DNA of 64,000 nucleotides from an uncultured Smithella sp. (lineage in GTDB: Bacteria > Desulfobacterota > Syntrophia > Syntrophales > Smithellaceae), in the NCBI GenBank assembly GCA_964400795.1, contig CAYNWA010000003.1:89734-153733 (forward strand), given 5' to 3'. Position 1 is the first letter of the stretch, and every line of letters starts with the position of its first letter. This document shows positions 45,522 through 55,298 of the stretch, piece after piece. The translations under genes and the position numbers were made by a program. The notes below the pieces were generated by a model. The model did not search any database. It saw nothing but the letters and a program-made list of their open reading frames with translations, and was not told the DNA's origin.

Positions 45522-46625
45522 ATGAAATCACCTGAAAAAATTCTGTTGATAATAAGAAGATCGCTTGGCGATGTTCTGTTGCTATCTCCGGTAATACATA
45601 TTTTAAAGTGCCGATTCCCGAATGTATCGATCGATCTTTTGGTCAACGAAGATACCGTTGCGGCCGCGAAACTCCTGGATGGAATAAACAACATCATCCC
45701 CTTGGACAATCATTTGCTGGCTAAGGATGGTTTGTCCGGCATTGCGATGCAAATAAAATTGATTCGAAGAATATTTCATCAATATGATTTGGCGATTGCC
45801 TTTACCACAAACGAACGAAGCAATATATACGCGTACCTGGCCGGCAGAACATCTATCGGGACCAGGGAACCAGCCATTTCGAAAAACTGGTGGCATCGGA
45901 TGTTGCTGAATGATGGTTATCAGTTTAATCCGCAACGTCATATTGTTGAAAACAATGTCGAAGCGTTACGCAGGCTGGGAATATCCATCGATAGAATTGT
46001 CTTGTCTGCCCGTTATTCGGATGGTGCGAAACAAAAGGTGCAGGGTATATTGAAGGATATGGCCATTGACCGGTTTATCATTTTTCATCCCTGCGGCAAG
46101 TTTTTGTGCAGATTGTATCCGGAAAAACCAAGAAATATTCTCCTGCAATTACTGAACTCCCTCGGCATCCCGATTATCGTGACCGGCGGGAAAGGGGAAA
46201 TCGACCGTCAGGTTGACGCCGAAATGCCGGTTTTGAAAAATGTACATTCGCTGATTGGTAAATTATCTCTGGAGGAATGTTCCGCCTTGACCGACATGTC
46301 GATGGCCATCGTGGGTGTTGATACATTAAATTGTCATTTGGCAGCGGCTTTCAACAAACCGATTTTTGTCATTTTCGGTCCTAATATTCCGGAAATCTGG
46401 TCGCCATGGTCGAACGCGTTGCAAAGAGCTGGAAGCCAGTCAACACCTGTCCAGACTTACGGAGACATTACGCTCTTTCAGTCGTCCCTCGAATGCGTTC
46501 CCTGCGGGCACTCTGCCAGATGTGGAGAACGGGACCGTCTTTCTCCTTGCATGGCGGATATAGATCCGCATGTCGTATTTAATGAAGTCAAACGTTGGCT
46601 TTCTAAATATCATTCCAAAAGTTAA
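45522..46625 (+). CDS. Glycosyltransferase family 9 (LPS heptosyltransferase-like)
   Basis: N-terminal KILLIIRRSLGDVLLLSPVIHILK and a C-terminal GVDTLNCHLAAAF-type motif. The ATG at 45522 is preferred over the GTG at 45513. Confidence 0.78.
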   Translation: MKSPEKILLIIRRSLGDVLLLSPVIHILKCRFPNVSIDLLVNEDTVAAAKLLDGINNIIPLDNHLLAKDGLSGIAMQIKLIRRIFHQYDLAIAFTTNERSNIYAYLAGRTSIGTREPAISKNWWHRMLLNDGYQFNPQRHIVENNVEALRRLGISIDRIVLSARYSDGAKQKVQGILKDMAIDRFIIFHPCGKFLCRLYPEKPRNILLQLLNSLGIPIIVTGGKGEIDRQVDAEMPVLKNVHSLIGKLSLEECSALTDMSMAIVGVDTLNCHLAAAFNKPIFVIFGPNIPEIWSPWSNALQRAGSQSTPVQTYGDITLFQSSLECVPCGHSARCGERDRLSPCMADIDPHVVFNEVKRWLSKYHSKS

Positions 46626-46629
46626 GAAA

Positions 46630-47379
46630 ATGAAAAAGCAACAATTCTATCAACACAAGGATTTTTTCAAGCATATTGTCTGCGATCAAAATTTAATGTC
46701 CGCCGAAATGCGTGATCTTCTTGGTAATCCAGATGATTATATTCGTCAGCGCCATGCTAAAATAATCCAGAATAATTTTAAGAACAAAATAGTTTACCTG
46801 GAAATCGATAAAATTCCGGCGATAATCAAAATTCATAACTACAAATCCATATGGCATAAAATAAAACGTTTTTTTAGAAGAACACGGGCCAGCCGGTCAT
46901 GGTATTACTCTTTTTTGTTTAACCAGAACGGGATACTGACACCACGGCCAATGGCTTATAAAGAAACAAGAATAGGGCCTCTTCGCGGCAATTCCTATTT
47001 CATATATGAATGGGTTGAGGGCATCAACGGGGAAGAGTATTTTATGAATAATAAAAGCAATACAGAAAAAATTCAAAAAGCCATTAATGCCATTGTGGAA
47101 ATGACAAGAAAAATAAATAATCTTGGCTTAATCCATGGAGATATTCGTTTGAAAAACACGGTATTTCGAGGCGACGAAATGTTTTTGACTGATTTTGATG
47201 ATACAAAAAAAAAGAAATGGTACAAAACAAAATCTATGAACAATCGTGATTTCAGAGGCTTGATTAAAGATATCCATTACCATGTTCCATCTGAGATTCA
47301 GCCGCTATTTTTGTACCGGCTGGAATCGATCTCCGAGGACGTCAAACGCCTCGTAAAATCTTACATCCATAAACCATAA
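46630..47379 (+). CDS. Lipopolysaccharide kinase (Kdo/WaaP) family protein
   Basis: Kinase catalytic loop LIHGDIRLKNTVF and DFD. The ATG at 46630 follows the GT9 stop by 4 nt (the track start at 46570 overlaps the GT9 gene). Confidence 0.68.
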   Translation: MKKQQFYQHKDFFKHIVCDQNLMSAEMRDLLGNPDDYIRQRHAKIIQNNFKNKIVYLEIDKIPAIIKIHNYKSIWHKIKRFFRRTRASRSWYYSFLFNQNGILTPRPMAYKETRIGPLRGNSYFIYEWVEGINGEEYFMNNKSNTEKIQKAINAIVEMTRKINNLGLIHGDIRLKNTVFRGDEMFLTDFDDTKKKKWYKTKSMNNRDFRGLIKDIHYHVPSEIQPLFLYRLESISEDVKRLVKSYIHKP

Positions 47380-47483
47380 TAAAAATTAGGATCGCCGTTT
47401 CATACAAAGCATCAAAATGAGAGTCAGCGAGGCAATACAGAACATTTGGTAAATTTGTCATTTAAACTCTATCCAATCTTTCC

Positions 47484-47512
47484 TTGACAGTCATACATCG
47501 CTTCTCTAAAAT
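47484..47512 (+). promoter_or_regulatory. Sigma-70 promoter for the radical SAM gene
   Basis: TTGACA-gtcatACATCGCTTcTCTAaAAT: perfect -35, 17-nt spacer, TAAAAT -10. Confidence 0.55.
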
Positions 47513-47575
47513 CCTTTTTTAAATAATTGTTTTTTAAAAGGCATTCTTATCAAAATAAAATCCGCAGAAAAAAAT

Positions 47576-49027
47576 ATGAGACCGGTTATTTTGTTGCGTC
47601 CTGCGGAAGGACTTTATTCTAAAGTTTTTCGTCCATGGGTTCCTTTGTCATTGTTGGGGGCAGCGGCTAAACTTGATGAAGCCGGCTATCCGATCATCTT
47701 GATTGATCAGCGATCTTCCGCTGATTGGAAAGACGACCTTCGCAATGCTCTGATGCAAAACCCGATTTGCATTGGTGTGACTTCCATGACAGGTTCTCAA
47801 ATTACCTGTGCGCTGGACATGTCGGCCTTTGTGAAGCAACAATCATCCGCACCGGTTGTTTGGGGAGGCGTCCACGCCACTTTGTTTCCTTTGCAGACGG
47901 TGGAAAATCCTCTGATTGATGTCGTGATCAAAGGAGAAGGCGAAGAGAGTTTCCTTGAACTCGTTTTGCGCATGGAACGGGGAGAATCACTGCGTGGTCT
48001 TGAAGGTGTCGTGTATAAAGATCGTGGCGAAATTGTGAACAATCCGGACCGTCCTTTTCTGGATTTGGATACTCTGCCTCCGGTGCCATACCATCTTATT
48101 GACATTGATAAGTACCTACACCGTTATTTTGATGAAGAGCGCGTATTGGAGTTTGAGACATCGCGGGGATGCCCGTTTAATTGCACTTTCTGCTATAACC
48201 CCTTGTACTCCCGGCGTCGCTGGCGGGCGTTGAGCGCATCTCGTGTGCTGAATTTATTGACGCCTCTTGTTGAATCGTATGGCGTTAGAGCTTTTCATTT
48301 TGTCGACGACGGTTTTTTTATCGATCAAAAGCGCACGCGGGAAATCATGAAAGGGGTTCTGAAGCGTCAATGGTTAATAAAAATGGGATTTCAGGGCTCC
48401 CGCATTGATACCTTTGATCAGATGAGTGACGCTGATCTGAAACTTATTATCGAAGCCGGAGGCGCTTATCTGCAGGTTGGCGTTGAATCCGGATCGCCTC
48501 GCATCCTGGAAATTCTCAACAAAAAAATTCATCCTGAACACGTGCTGGCTTTCAACCGCCGTTTGACCCGCTATCCTCAGCTGAAAGTCTATTATAATTT
48601 CATGTGCGGATTTCCCACGGAAACCCGGGAGGATGTTCTTCAGTCCACGACATTGGCCTGGGCGCTCCTGCGCGACAATCCTCAGGCTTTGATCAGTGCT
48701 TTTCATTTTTATAAACCATATCCCGGCACCAACCTTCGAGAGCGGATCGTTCATATGAATGATGTGACGCCGAAAACATTGGAGGGCTGGGGAAACTTCA
48801 ACTGGACACAGTATGTTGGTCGAGATCAAGATAAGGAAACGCGAAAACTGATGGAACGAATTGAAATTGTAAGCGTATTAGCCGATCGAAAAATGAGTTA
48901 TCAGTCCGATTCCGCGGCCTTGAGACTTCTGGCTGCCATGTACCGCCCTCTGGCGCGTTTTCGCTTAAAACACAATTGGTATTCGTGGATGCCTGAACAC
49001 TGGTTGCGCAAGTGGATGGGGGAATGA
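47576..49027 (+). CDS. B12-binding-domain radical SAM protein (class B)
   Basis: 483 aa. Cobalamin-binding-like N-domain (CIGVTSMTGSQI, VVWGGVHATL) and ETSRGCPFNCTFCYNP (CxxxCxxC). Confidence 0.85.
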   Translation: MRPVILLRPAEGLYSKVFRPWVPLSLLGAAAKLDEAGYPIILIDQRSSADWKDDLRNALMQNPICIGVTSMTGSQITCALDMSAFVKQQSSAPVVWGGVHATLFPLQTVENPLIDVVIKGEGEESFLELVLRMERGESLRGLEGVVYKDRGEIVNNPDRPFLDLDTLPPVPYHLIDIDKYLHRYFDEERVLEFETSRGCPFNCTFCYNPLYSRRRWRALSASRVLNLLTPLVESYGVRAFHFVDDGFFIDQKRTREIMKGVLKRQWLIKMGFQGSRIDTFDQMSDADLKLIIEAGGAYLQVGVESGSPRILEILNKKIHPEHVLAFNRRLTRYPQLKVYYNFMCGFPTETREDVLQSTTLAWALLRDNPQALISAFHFYKPYPGTNLRERIVHMNDVTPKTLEGWGNFNWTQYVGRDQDKETRKLMERIEIVSVLADRKMSYQSDSAALRLLAAMYRPLARFRLKHNWYSWMPEHWLRKWMGE

Positions 49028-49137
49028 TTTTAAAGACGAGATTATTATGATCTAACCGATATAAACCATCAAACAGCAGGATTTGACCTAAAACGTCAGT
49101 GTGTTTTTTACTCTGCATATTTCGACCTTAATATTTA

Positions 49138-49166
49138 TTGACATAAAGACATCGCTTATCTACAAT
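49138..49166 (+). promoter_or_regulatory. Sigma-70 promoter for the ATP-grasp / DHS-like operon
   Basis: TTGACA-taaagACATCGCTTaTCTAcAAT: perfect -35, 17-nt spacer, TACAAT -10. The spacer is nearly identical to that of the promoter at 47484. Confidence 0.55.
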
Positions 49167-49248
49167 TCTTTCCAAAGAAGGCAGATTTTTTTATCAGATA
49201 AAAATTCTGGGAAAATAAGCTGTAAAATTTAATTATAAGGATAGCACC

Positions 49249-50274
49249 GTGTCGAAAGATATAGCGCCTGAGAAAATCCCTGTGGTTCTTTTGTATAATG
49301 TTAATCGGGAATGGACGCAAGAGGAAAAGGACGAGGTGATCAGGCAGTCGGTGGAACTGGGCGATGCGCTTCGAACAACGGGATATCCTGTGACGCTCGT
49401 TAAAGTGGAGCATGAAGATATTGCCGCTTACCTCAGGCTATTCGATCCCGGGAAATGTATAATTTTTAATTGGTGCGAAGGTCTTCCGGGAGTACAACAC
49501 AGTGAATGGATGGTTGCAGAAAAGCTGGAAACTCTCGGGTACACCTTTACCGGTGCTGATTCTGTTGCTCTGGCGCTATCGCAGGACAAACAGAGGGTCA
49601 AAGTGATTTTGGACAAAGCATCTATTCCGACACCGGCCTGGAGAATCTGCAATTCTTCCGATATAGGGGACTGGCAAATATTTCCGGCGATTGTCAAACC
49701 GCAAAATGAACATTGCTCTGCCGGCATCACTCCCGAATCCGTGGTGATGGATCTGTCTGACTTGAGAAAACGAATATTATTCGTCCTGGAAAAATATTCC
49801 CAGCCGGCGCTCGTGGAGGATTTTATTGACGGGCGCGAGTTTCACGTAGCAGTTTGGGGCAACAAAAAAATATCCGTGCTTCCCGCGGCGGAAATGGATT
49901 TTTCCTGTTTCGGCAACATAACTGATCGGCTGTGTACCTATGAAGCGAAATTTATTCCCGGTTCACAACACTATGAAGAAATTAAAACCCTGCTGCCCGC
50001 TCCTCTTACGAATGTTGAAAAAAATGCCATGGAGAAGATCTGCCGCGACGCTTACAAAGTAACAGGGTGCAGGGATTACGCTCGCATGGATATCAGGCTG
50101 CGGGATAATATCTTTTATGTTCTGGATGTTAATCCCAACGCGGATATCAGCTCTGATGCCAGCATGGCCTGCGCCGCGGAAACCGATGGAATAACCTATG
50201 CTCAAATGGGCAGCTCAATTGTGCAAATGGCCGCTAAAAGACATCCGATTTTTAGAAAAAACGCCGAATCATAA
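49249..50274 (+). CDS. ATP-grasp ligase, D-alanine--D-alanine ligase-like
   Basis: 341 aa, GTG start. Ddl-like ATP-grasp core (LSQDKQRVKVILDKASIPTPAW, PAIVKPQNEHCSAGI, LVEDFIDGREFHVAV, ARMDIRL...YVLDVNPN). Confidence 0.78.
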   Translation: MSKDIAPEKIPVVLLYNVNREWTQEEKDEVIRQSVELGDALRTTGYPVTLVKVEHEDIAAYLRLFDPGKCIIFNWCEGLPGVQHSEWMVAEKLETLGYTFTGADSVALALSQDKQRVKVILDKASIPTPAWRICNSSDIGDWQIFPAIVKPQNEHCSAGITPESVVMDLSDLRKRILFVLEKYSQPALVEDFIDGREFHVAVWGNKKISVLPAAEMDFSCFGNITDRLCTYEAKFIPGSQHYEEIKTLLPAPLTNVEKNAMEKICRDAYKVTGCRDYARMDIRLRDNIFYVLDVNPNADISSDASMACAAETDGITYAQMGSSIVQMAAKRHPIFRKNAES

Positions 50275-50361
50275 TGTCGATTACCGGACGTTGACTTTTA
50301 ACGGTCGATGATTTAAAAATATTCATAAAATAAACAGATAATCAAGGGGAGTCAGGATTTG

Positions 50362-51387
50362 ATGAAAAAGAAAGATTTACTAAAGAAAAAAATTGAACAT
50401 ATTGACATAAAAAGAATCAACGCGGTGGACATCATCAACTCGATGAAAAAAATGTCGTTCTCCGCCCGCGATTTGGCGAATGCCGCTGATATTTATGACC
50501 GCATGCTTAAAGAGAAAAGATGTGTAGTGATATTGACACTGGCGGGTTCCACGTCTGCTGCCGGATGTATGCAGGTCTATGTTGATCTGGTTAAGAATAA
50601 TATGATTGATGCGATCGTGGCAACAGGCGCTTCGATTGTTGATATGGATTTCTTTGAGGCCCTGGGATTCAATCATTATCAGGGGACCCCTTTTGTTGAC
50701 GACAAATTATTGCGCTCACTATATATAGACCGCATTTACGACACGTTTATCAGCGAGAACGATTTGCAGGCCTGCGATCAGACAATCAAAAAAATCGCGG
50801 ATGGACTTGAAGCTCGCCCTTATTCGTCGCGCGAATTCATTGCCGAAATGGGCAAATATTTGGTTAAAAATGCCAAAAAGAAAAATTCTCTTGTTCAGGC
50901 AGCTTACGAAAATAATGTGCCGATTTTCTGCCCTGCTTTTTCCGACAGTTCCGCGGGATTCGGTCTTGTTCTGCATCAGTATCAGCGTCCTGGGAATCAT
51001 GTGTCCATCGATTCGGTAAAAGATTTTCTGGAGCTGACCGAGATTAAAATTAAAGCGGGAACAACCGGCTTGTTAATGATTGGCGGCGGTGTGCCGAAAA
51101 ATTTCGCTCAGGATACCGTTGTCTGTGCCGAAATTCTGGGGAAAAATGTATCCATGCATAAATACGCGGTGCAGATTACCGTGGCTGATGTACGTGATGG
51201 CGCCTGCTCCAGTTCCACGCTCAAAGAAGCCAATTCATGGGGCAAAGTGGATTCTTCCTGCGAGCAAATGGTCTATGCCGAAGCCACTACCGTTGTGCCT
51301 TTGCTGGCCAGCTATGCGTATCATAAAGGTAACTGGAAGAAGCGAAAAAAATGGGACTTATCTAAAATATTCCCCACAAATAAATGA
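50362..51387 (+). CDS. Deoxyhypusine synthase-like protein
   Basis: ~341 aa. DHS-family motifs (LTLAGSTSAAGCMQ, AIVATGASIVDMDFFEALG, LMIGGGVPKNFAQD, EANSWGK). Confidence 0.82.
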   Translation: MKKKDLLKKKIEHIDIKRINAVDIINSMKKMSFSARDLANAADIYDRMLKEKRCVVILTLAGSTSAAGCMQVYVDLVKNNMIDAIVATGASIVDMDFFEALGFNHYQGTPFVDDKLLRSLYIDRIYDTFISENDLQACDQTIKKIADGLEARPYSSREFIAEMGKYLVKNAKKKNSLVQAAYENNVPIFCPAFSDSSAGFGLVLHQYQRPGNHVSIDSVKDFLELTEIKIKAGTTGLLMIGGGVPKNFAQDTVVCAEILGKNVSMHKYAVQITVADVRDGACSSSTLKEANSWGKVDSSCEQMVYAEATTVVPLLASYAYHKGNWKKRKKWDLSKIFPTNK

Positions 51388-51720
51388 CGTAAACGGAATA
51401 TACGAATAATATATTTTAAAATATAGAAGGGTTGTCTGATTTGCGGCCGATATAACCTTGTTATGGTGAAAATCACCGTTTATGGGATAAAAAATATATA
51501 AATATTTTGGCTTGACAGATTTCAACCTGATATTAATGCATGATTTTATTGTAATTATTATTTGCTCTAATTATTTGTTTTATTAATATGTATTTAGAAG
51601 AATTGGGCATGTAAATTGCTGGAAGCTTTATAATAACATCATTTCAATTTGATTAATTTCGAGAAATATTGCTGAATATTTCCTAATGATTTTTTTCAGA
51701 AGCTAAAAAATTGGATAATA

Positions 51721-54210
51721 ATGGCAAACAAAAATAAGAAAACAAACACATCAAAGAATAAATCCCTCCCCGCAGATGATGATATTTCTCTTCTTGCAAA
51801 AGATATTATAGCAAACGCCGGTGTCGGAATATATATAGTCCAGAACAGTAAATTTGTTTATGTCAGTGAACTGTATCAGAAAATTACCGGCTATTCCGAC
51901 AAAGATCTTTTGGGAGAGTACTCGCTTAACTATATTTTTCCCGACGACAGAGAAAAAGTCAGAAATCAGGCGATAAAATGCCTCAAGAGAGAGAGCTTTG
52001 AACCTTATGAATACAGGTTTATCAGGAAAGGTAATGAATTAAGGTATATTTTGGAAACAGTCACCTCCATTATGTATAAAGGCAATCTTGCCACGCTGGG
52101 CAGTTTTATGGATATTACAGAACGCAAGATCATGGAGGAAAAATACAGCAGTATTCTTGAAAACATTCAGGAAGGTTATTTTGAAGTCGATCTGGCCGGC
52201 AATTTTACTTTTTTTAACGATTCAGTATGCCGTGTTCTCGGCTATTCCCGGGAAGAATTAACGGGAATGAATAACCGGCAATATACCGATCAGGAAAACG
52301 CAAAAAAAGTTTTTCAGGCTTATAACCAGGTTTATAAATCAGGGATTCCCCTCAAGGAACTTGGCTGGCATATCACGAGAAAAGACGGTCAGAAAAGATA
52401 CATCGAAGGCTCCATATCCTTGCTTAAAGATTCCGCGGAAAAAATAATAGGGTTTCGAGGGATTACGCATGATGTTAGCGAGCGTAAGAGGGCGGAAGAA
52501 GCTTTGCGTCAGAGCGAGGAAAAGTACAGAAACATTTTAGAAAATATACAGGAAGCCTATTTTGAGGTTGATCTGGCCGGCAACTTTACATTTTTCAACG
52601 ATTCATTATGTCGAATAACGGGATGCTCCAGAGGAGAGTTGACCGGTGCAAATTATAAGCAATTTTCGGATATAGAAAATTCGAAAAATGTTTTTCAGGT
52701 GTTTAATAAAGTATACAACACGGGGGAGGCCAAGGAAGGATTCGATTGGCTGATTATTAGAAAAGACAATACCAAGAGATATATTGAAGCATCTGTCTCC
52801 CTAAAAAAAGATTTACAAGGCAATCCTTCAGGTTTCAAGGGGATCATTCGAGATATCTCCGAGCGCAAACGGATTGAGCAGGAGCTCAACCATTTGGCAA
52901 CTCACGATGCGCTAACCGGATTGCCGAACCGTATGATGTTCAGTCAGCTATTGGATCATGCCATTCAGTCCGCTCACCGCAACAAAAAACAATTGGCTGT
53001 TTTGTTTGTCGATTTGGATCGCTTCAAAGTCATCAATGACTCTCTTGGACACGAAGCCGGAGACAAACTTCTGAAAGAAATGGCTCAGCGTTTCAAACAA
53101 TCGTTGCGCACTGTTGATGTCGTGGGCCGTTTGGGAGGCGATGAATTTATTATTCTTGTGGAAGATTTTAATGATTTGAAACAATTGGAAATCCTTGCGC
53201 ATAAAATACTTGCCACCGTTATTCATCCATTCAACATCGCGGGGGAGGAATGTCGCGTGACGGCAAGCATCGGCATCAGTGTGTTTCCCAAGGATGGACA
53301 GGATGAACAATCGTTGATGAAAAACGCTGACATTGCCATGTATTTTGCCAAAGAAGAAGGAAAAAACAACTTCCAGTTCTATTCTGAAAGTATTCGCTCC
53401 ATGTCTAATGAACGTCTGACCATCGAATCCAATCTGCGTCACGCCATTGAGCGCAATGAATTTTATTTGGATTATCAGGCTAAGCTGGATTTAAAAACAA
53501 GAGAAATTACGGGCGTTGAAGCTCTGCTGCGCTGGAATAATCCCTATCTGGGCATGGTAACACCCACACAATTCATTCCCATAGCCGAAGAGACGGGAAT
53601 GATTATTCCCATCGGCAGATGGGTCATCAAAACAGCCTGCGCTCAGAATGTCGCCTGGCAGAAACAGGGACTGCCTCCGGTCTGTATGTCGGTTAACTTG
53701 TCTCTTCGTCAACTGATGAATGAAAACTTGGTCCGGGATATTAAAAACATATTAAATGAAACACTCATGTCGCCGGATCTTCTCGAACTGGAACTAACAG
53801 AAAGCATGATCATGAATAAACCGGAGCGCCTTGTTCCCGTATTGACGAAATTAAAAGAGTTGGGTGTCCGGATGGCTATTGATGATTTTGGCACAGGTTA
53901 TTCTTCTCTGGCGCGGATCAAAAACTTTCCTATTAACACCCTTAAGGTGGACCGGTCATTCATCCGCAATATTCCCCAGGATATGGATAATAAAGCAATC
54001 ACCGAAGCGGTTATCGTCATGGGGAAATCTTTAAAACTGACGGTTGTGGCCGAAGGGGTGGAAACAAAAGAACAGGAAAAATTTCTGCAGGATCAGGTCT
54101 GCGATGAGATGCAGGGTTTCTATTTCAGCAAACCAATCAGTCCCGATCGCTTTGCAATACTCTTGCGTAAAAACAATGTCGTTCCCAAAAGGCCTGTCAA
54201 TAAAATTTAA
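51721..54210 (+). CDS. Multi-PAS GGDEF-EAL signalling protein (c-di-GMP turnover)
   Basis: 829 aa. Three PAS/PAC units (two share ILENIQE-YFEVDLAGNFTFFNDS-CR), a GGDEF motif (RLGGDEFIIL), and an EAL domain (EALLRW, DDFGTGYSSL). Confidence 0.9.
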   Translation: MANKNKKTNTSKNKSLPADDDISLLAKDIIANAGVGIYIVQNSKFVYVSELYQKITGYSDKDLLGEYSLNYIFPDDREKVRNQAIKCLKRESFEPYEYRFIRKGNELRYILETVTSIMYKGNLATLGSFMDITERKIMEEKYSSILENIQEGYFEVDLAGNFTFFNDSVCRVLGYSREELTGMNNRQYTDQENAKKVFQAYNQVYKSGIPLKELGWHITRKDGQKRYIEGSISLLKDSAEKIIGFRGITHDVSERKRAEEALRQSEEKYRNILENIQEAYFEVDLAGNFTFFNDSLCRITGCSRGELTGANYKQFSDIENSKNVFQVFNKVYNTGEAKEGFDWLIIRKDNTKRYIEASVSLKKDLQGNPSGFKGIIRDISERKRIEQELNHLATHDALTGLPNRMMFSQLLDHAIQSAHRNKKQLAVLFVDLDRFKVINDSLGHEAGDKLLKEMAQRFKQSLRTVDVVGRLGGDEFIILVEDFNDLKQLEILAHKILATVIHPFNIAGEECRVTASIGISVFPKDGQDEQSLMKNADIAMYFAKEEGKNNFQFYSESIRSMSNERLTIESNLRHAIERNEFYLDYQAKLDLKTREITGVEALLRWNNPYLGMVTPTQFIPIAEETGMIIPIGRWVIKTACAQNVAWQKQGLPPVCMSVNLSLRQLMNENLVRDIKNILNETLMSPDLLELELTESMIMNKPERLVPVLTKLKELGVRMAIDDFGTGYSSLARIKNFPINTLKVDRSFIRNIPQDMDNKAITEAVIVMGKSLKLTVVAEGVETKEQEKFLQDQVCDEMQGFYFSKPISPDRFAILLRKNNVVPKRPVNKI

Positions 54211-54235
54211 AATTATATTTTTCTCAAAAGACAAA

Positions 54236-54811
54236 TCAGCTCAGCACAAAGATTTCTTCCAACGTCGAAATATCAACAGATCCTCTATCATTGACATTCG
54301 TTTTGAATTGTTTGATCCCTCCGGAAACGTCCTGGAGATGGGAAGCGGACGTTACCAGGCAGGCTTTCATGTTGGAAAGTTTATCTATATCGGATGACAG
54401 AAAATCAAAAATTCCCGTAACAACCGCTTCCGTGATGTCTGAAGTTGCAAGATTTAAGCGTCCTTGTCCGTACAGGTCAAAAGCACAGCTGTCCAGAGCC
54501 ATTTTGTCAACCGTTTGTGTTATCAGATAAGCAGCATTATAAATTTTATCGTAATTGATATCAGAAACTTTACCTAAGCCGAACAGAAGCAATATCTCCG
54601 AACCGATTCTAGGCAAAAAAGGCATAATGATTTTTTCTTCATATTCGCCGCGAATTCTTTCCTGCTTGATCTCTCTGGAAATCATCCCGTTGAGGCGCCA
54701 GTCAATGAGACCGCCAATTCCTCGTGGCGGCTTTTCGTCTGAGAAAATGCCCACGGCCAGGCACTTATGTTTTGGAAGATCAGGACTTTCTGTCGATAGG
54801 TTTAATTGCAT
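54236..54811 (-). CDS. Stand-alone M17 aminopeptidase N-terminal-domain-like protein
   Basis: 191 aa. KHKCLAVGIFSDEKPPRGIGGLIDWRLNGMIS resembles the N-domain of leucyl aminopeptidases. There is no catalytic domain. The start overlaps the nusB end by 32 nt. Confidence 0.45.
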   Translation of the reverse strand: MQLNLSTESPDLPKHKCLAVGIFSDEKPPRGIGGLIDWRLNGMISREIKQERIRGEYEEKIIMPFLPRIGSEILLLFGLGKVSDINYDKIYNAAYLITQTVDKMALDSCAFDLYGQGRLNLATSDITEAVVTGIFDFLSSDIDKLSNMKACLVTSASHLQDVSGGIKQFKTNVNDRGSVDISTLEEIFVLS

Positions 54812-55220
54812 TTTTCTTATTTATCTTAAGGTTAAGAGCGTCCAATATTCCGTTGATAAAAGAGCCGGAATTTTCCGAGCCAAAAGTTTTGCCCAGATCA
54901 ACGGCTTCATTTAACGTAACTTTAGAGGGAATATCATCACAGTAAAGAAATTCAAATACAGCCAGACGTAAAATATTGATATCAACCCTGGACATTCGTC
55001 CCAATGACCAGTTGTCTGAACAATCGGCAATAAGTTTATCCAGCTCTTCCTTGTGTTTGCACGTGCCCTGCACCAGAAAGGATGCAAACTCTTTAGCTGC
55101 CTTAGGGGCGACAAAATTACCCCAGAAAAGTTCCAAAGCTTCCTGCGCATCAACATCCACATAATTAAGACTGTAAAGAACCTGTAAGGCAATTTCCCTT
55201 GCCTTTCTCCGCCCGCGCAT
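54780..55220 (-). CDS. nusB: Transcription antitermination factor NusB
   Basis: 146 aa starting MRGRRKAREIALQVLYSL. Downstream of ribH, as in many bacteria. Confidence 0.9.
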   Translation of the reverse strand: MRGRRKAREIALQVLYSLNYVDVDAQEALELFWGNFVAPKAAKEFASFLVQGTCKHKEELDKLIADCSDNWSLGRMSRVDINILRLAVFEFLYCDDIPSKVTLNEAVDLGKTFGSENSGSFINGILDALNLKINKKNAIKPIDRKS

Positions 55221-55298
55221 TTAATTATTCAACCTCAAAGAACTATTGATCAGGCTGTCTTATCTTGATACGTCTGCCTGAATATCGGCGATTTGGTT

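Noticed and set aside
42752-47400. Integrated mobile element or genomic island at tRNA-Arg.
   Set aside because: No integrase, transposase, phage or conjugation genes, and no direct repeat of the tRNA 3' end that I could find by eye. It is kept only as a compositional observation.
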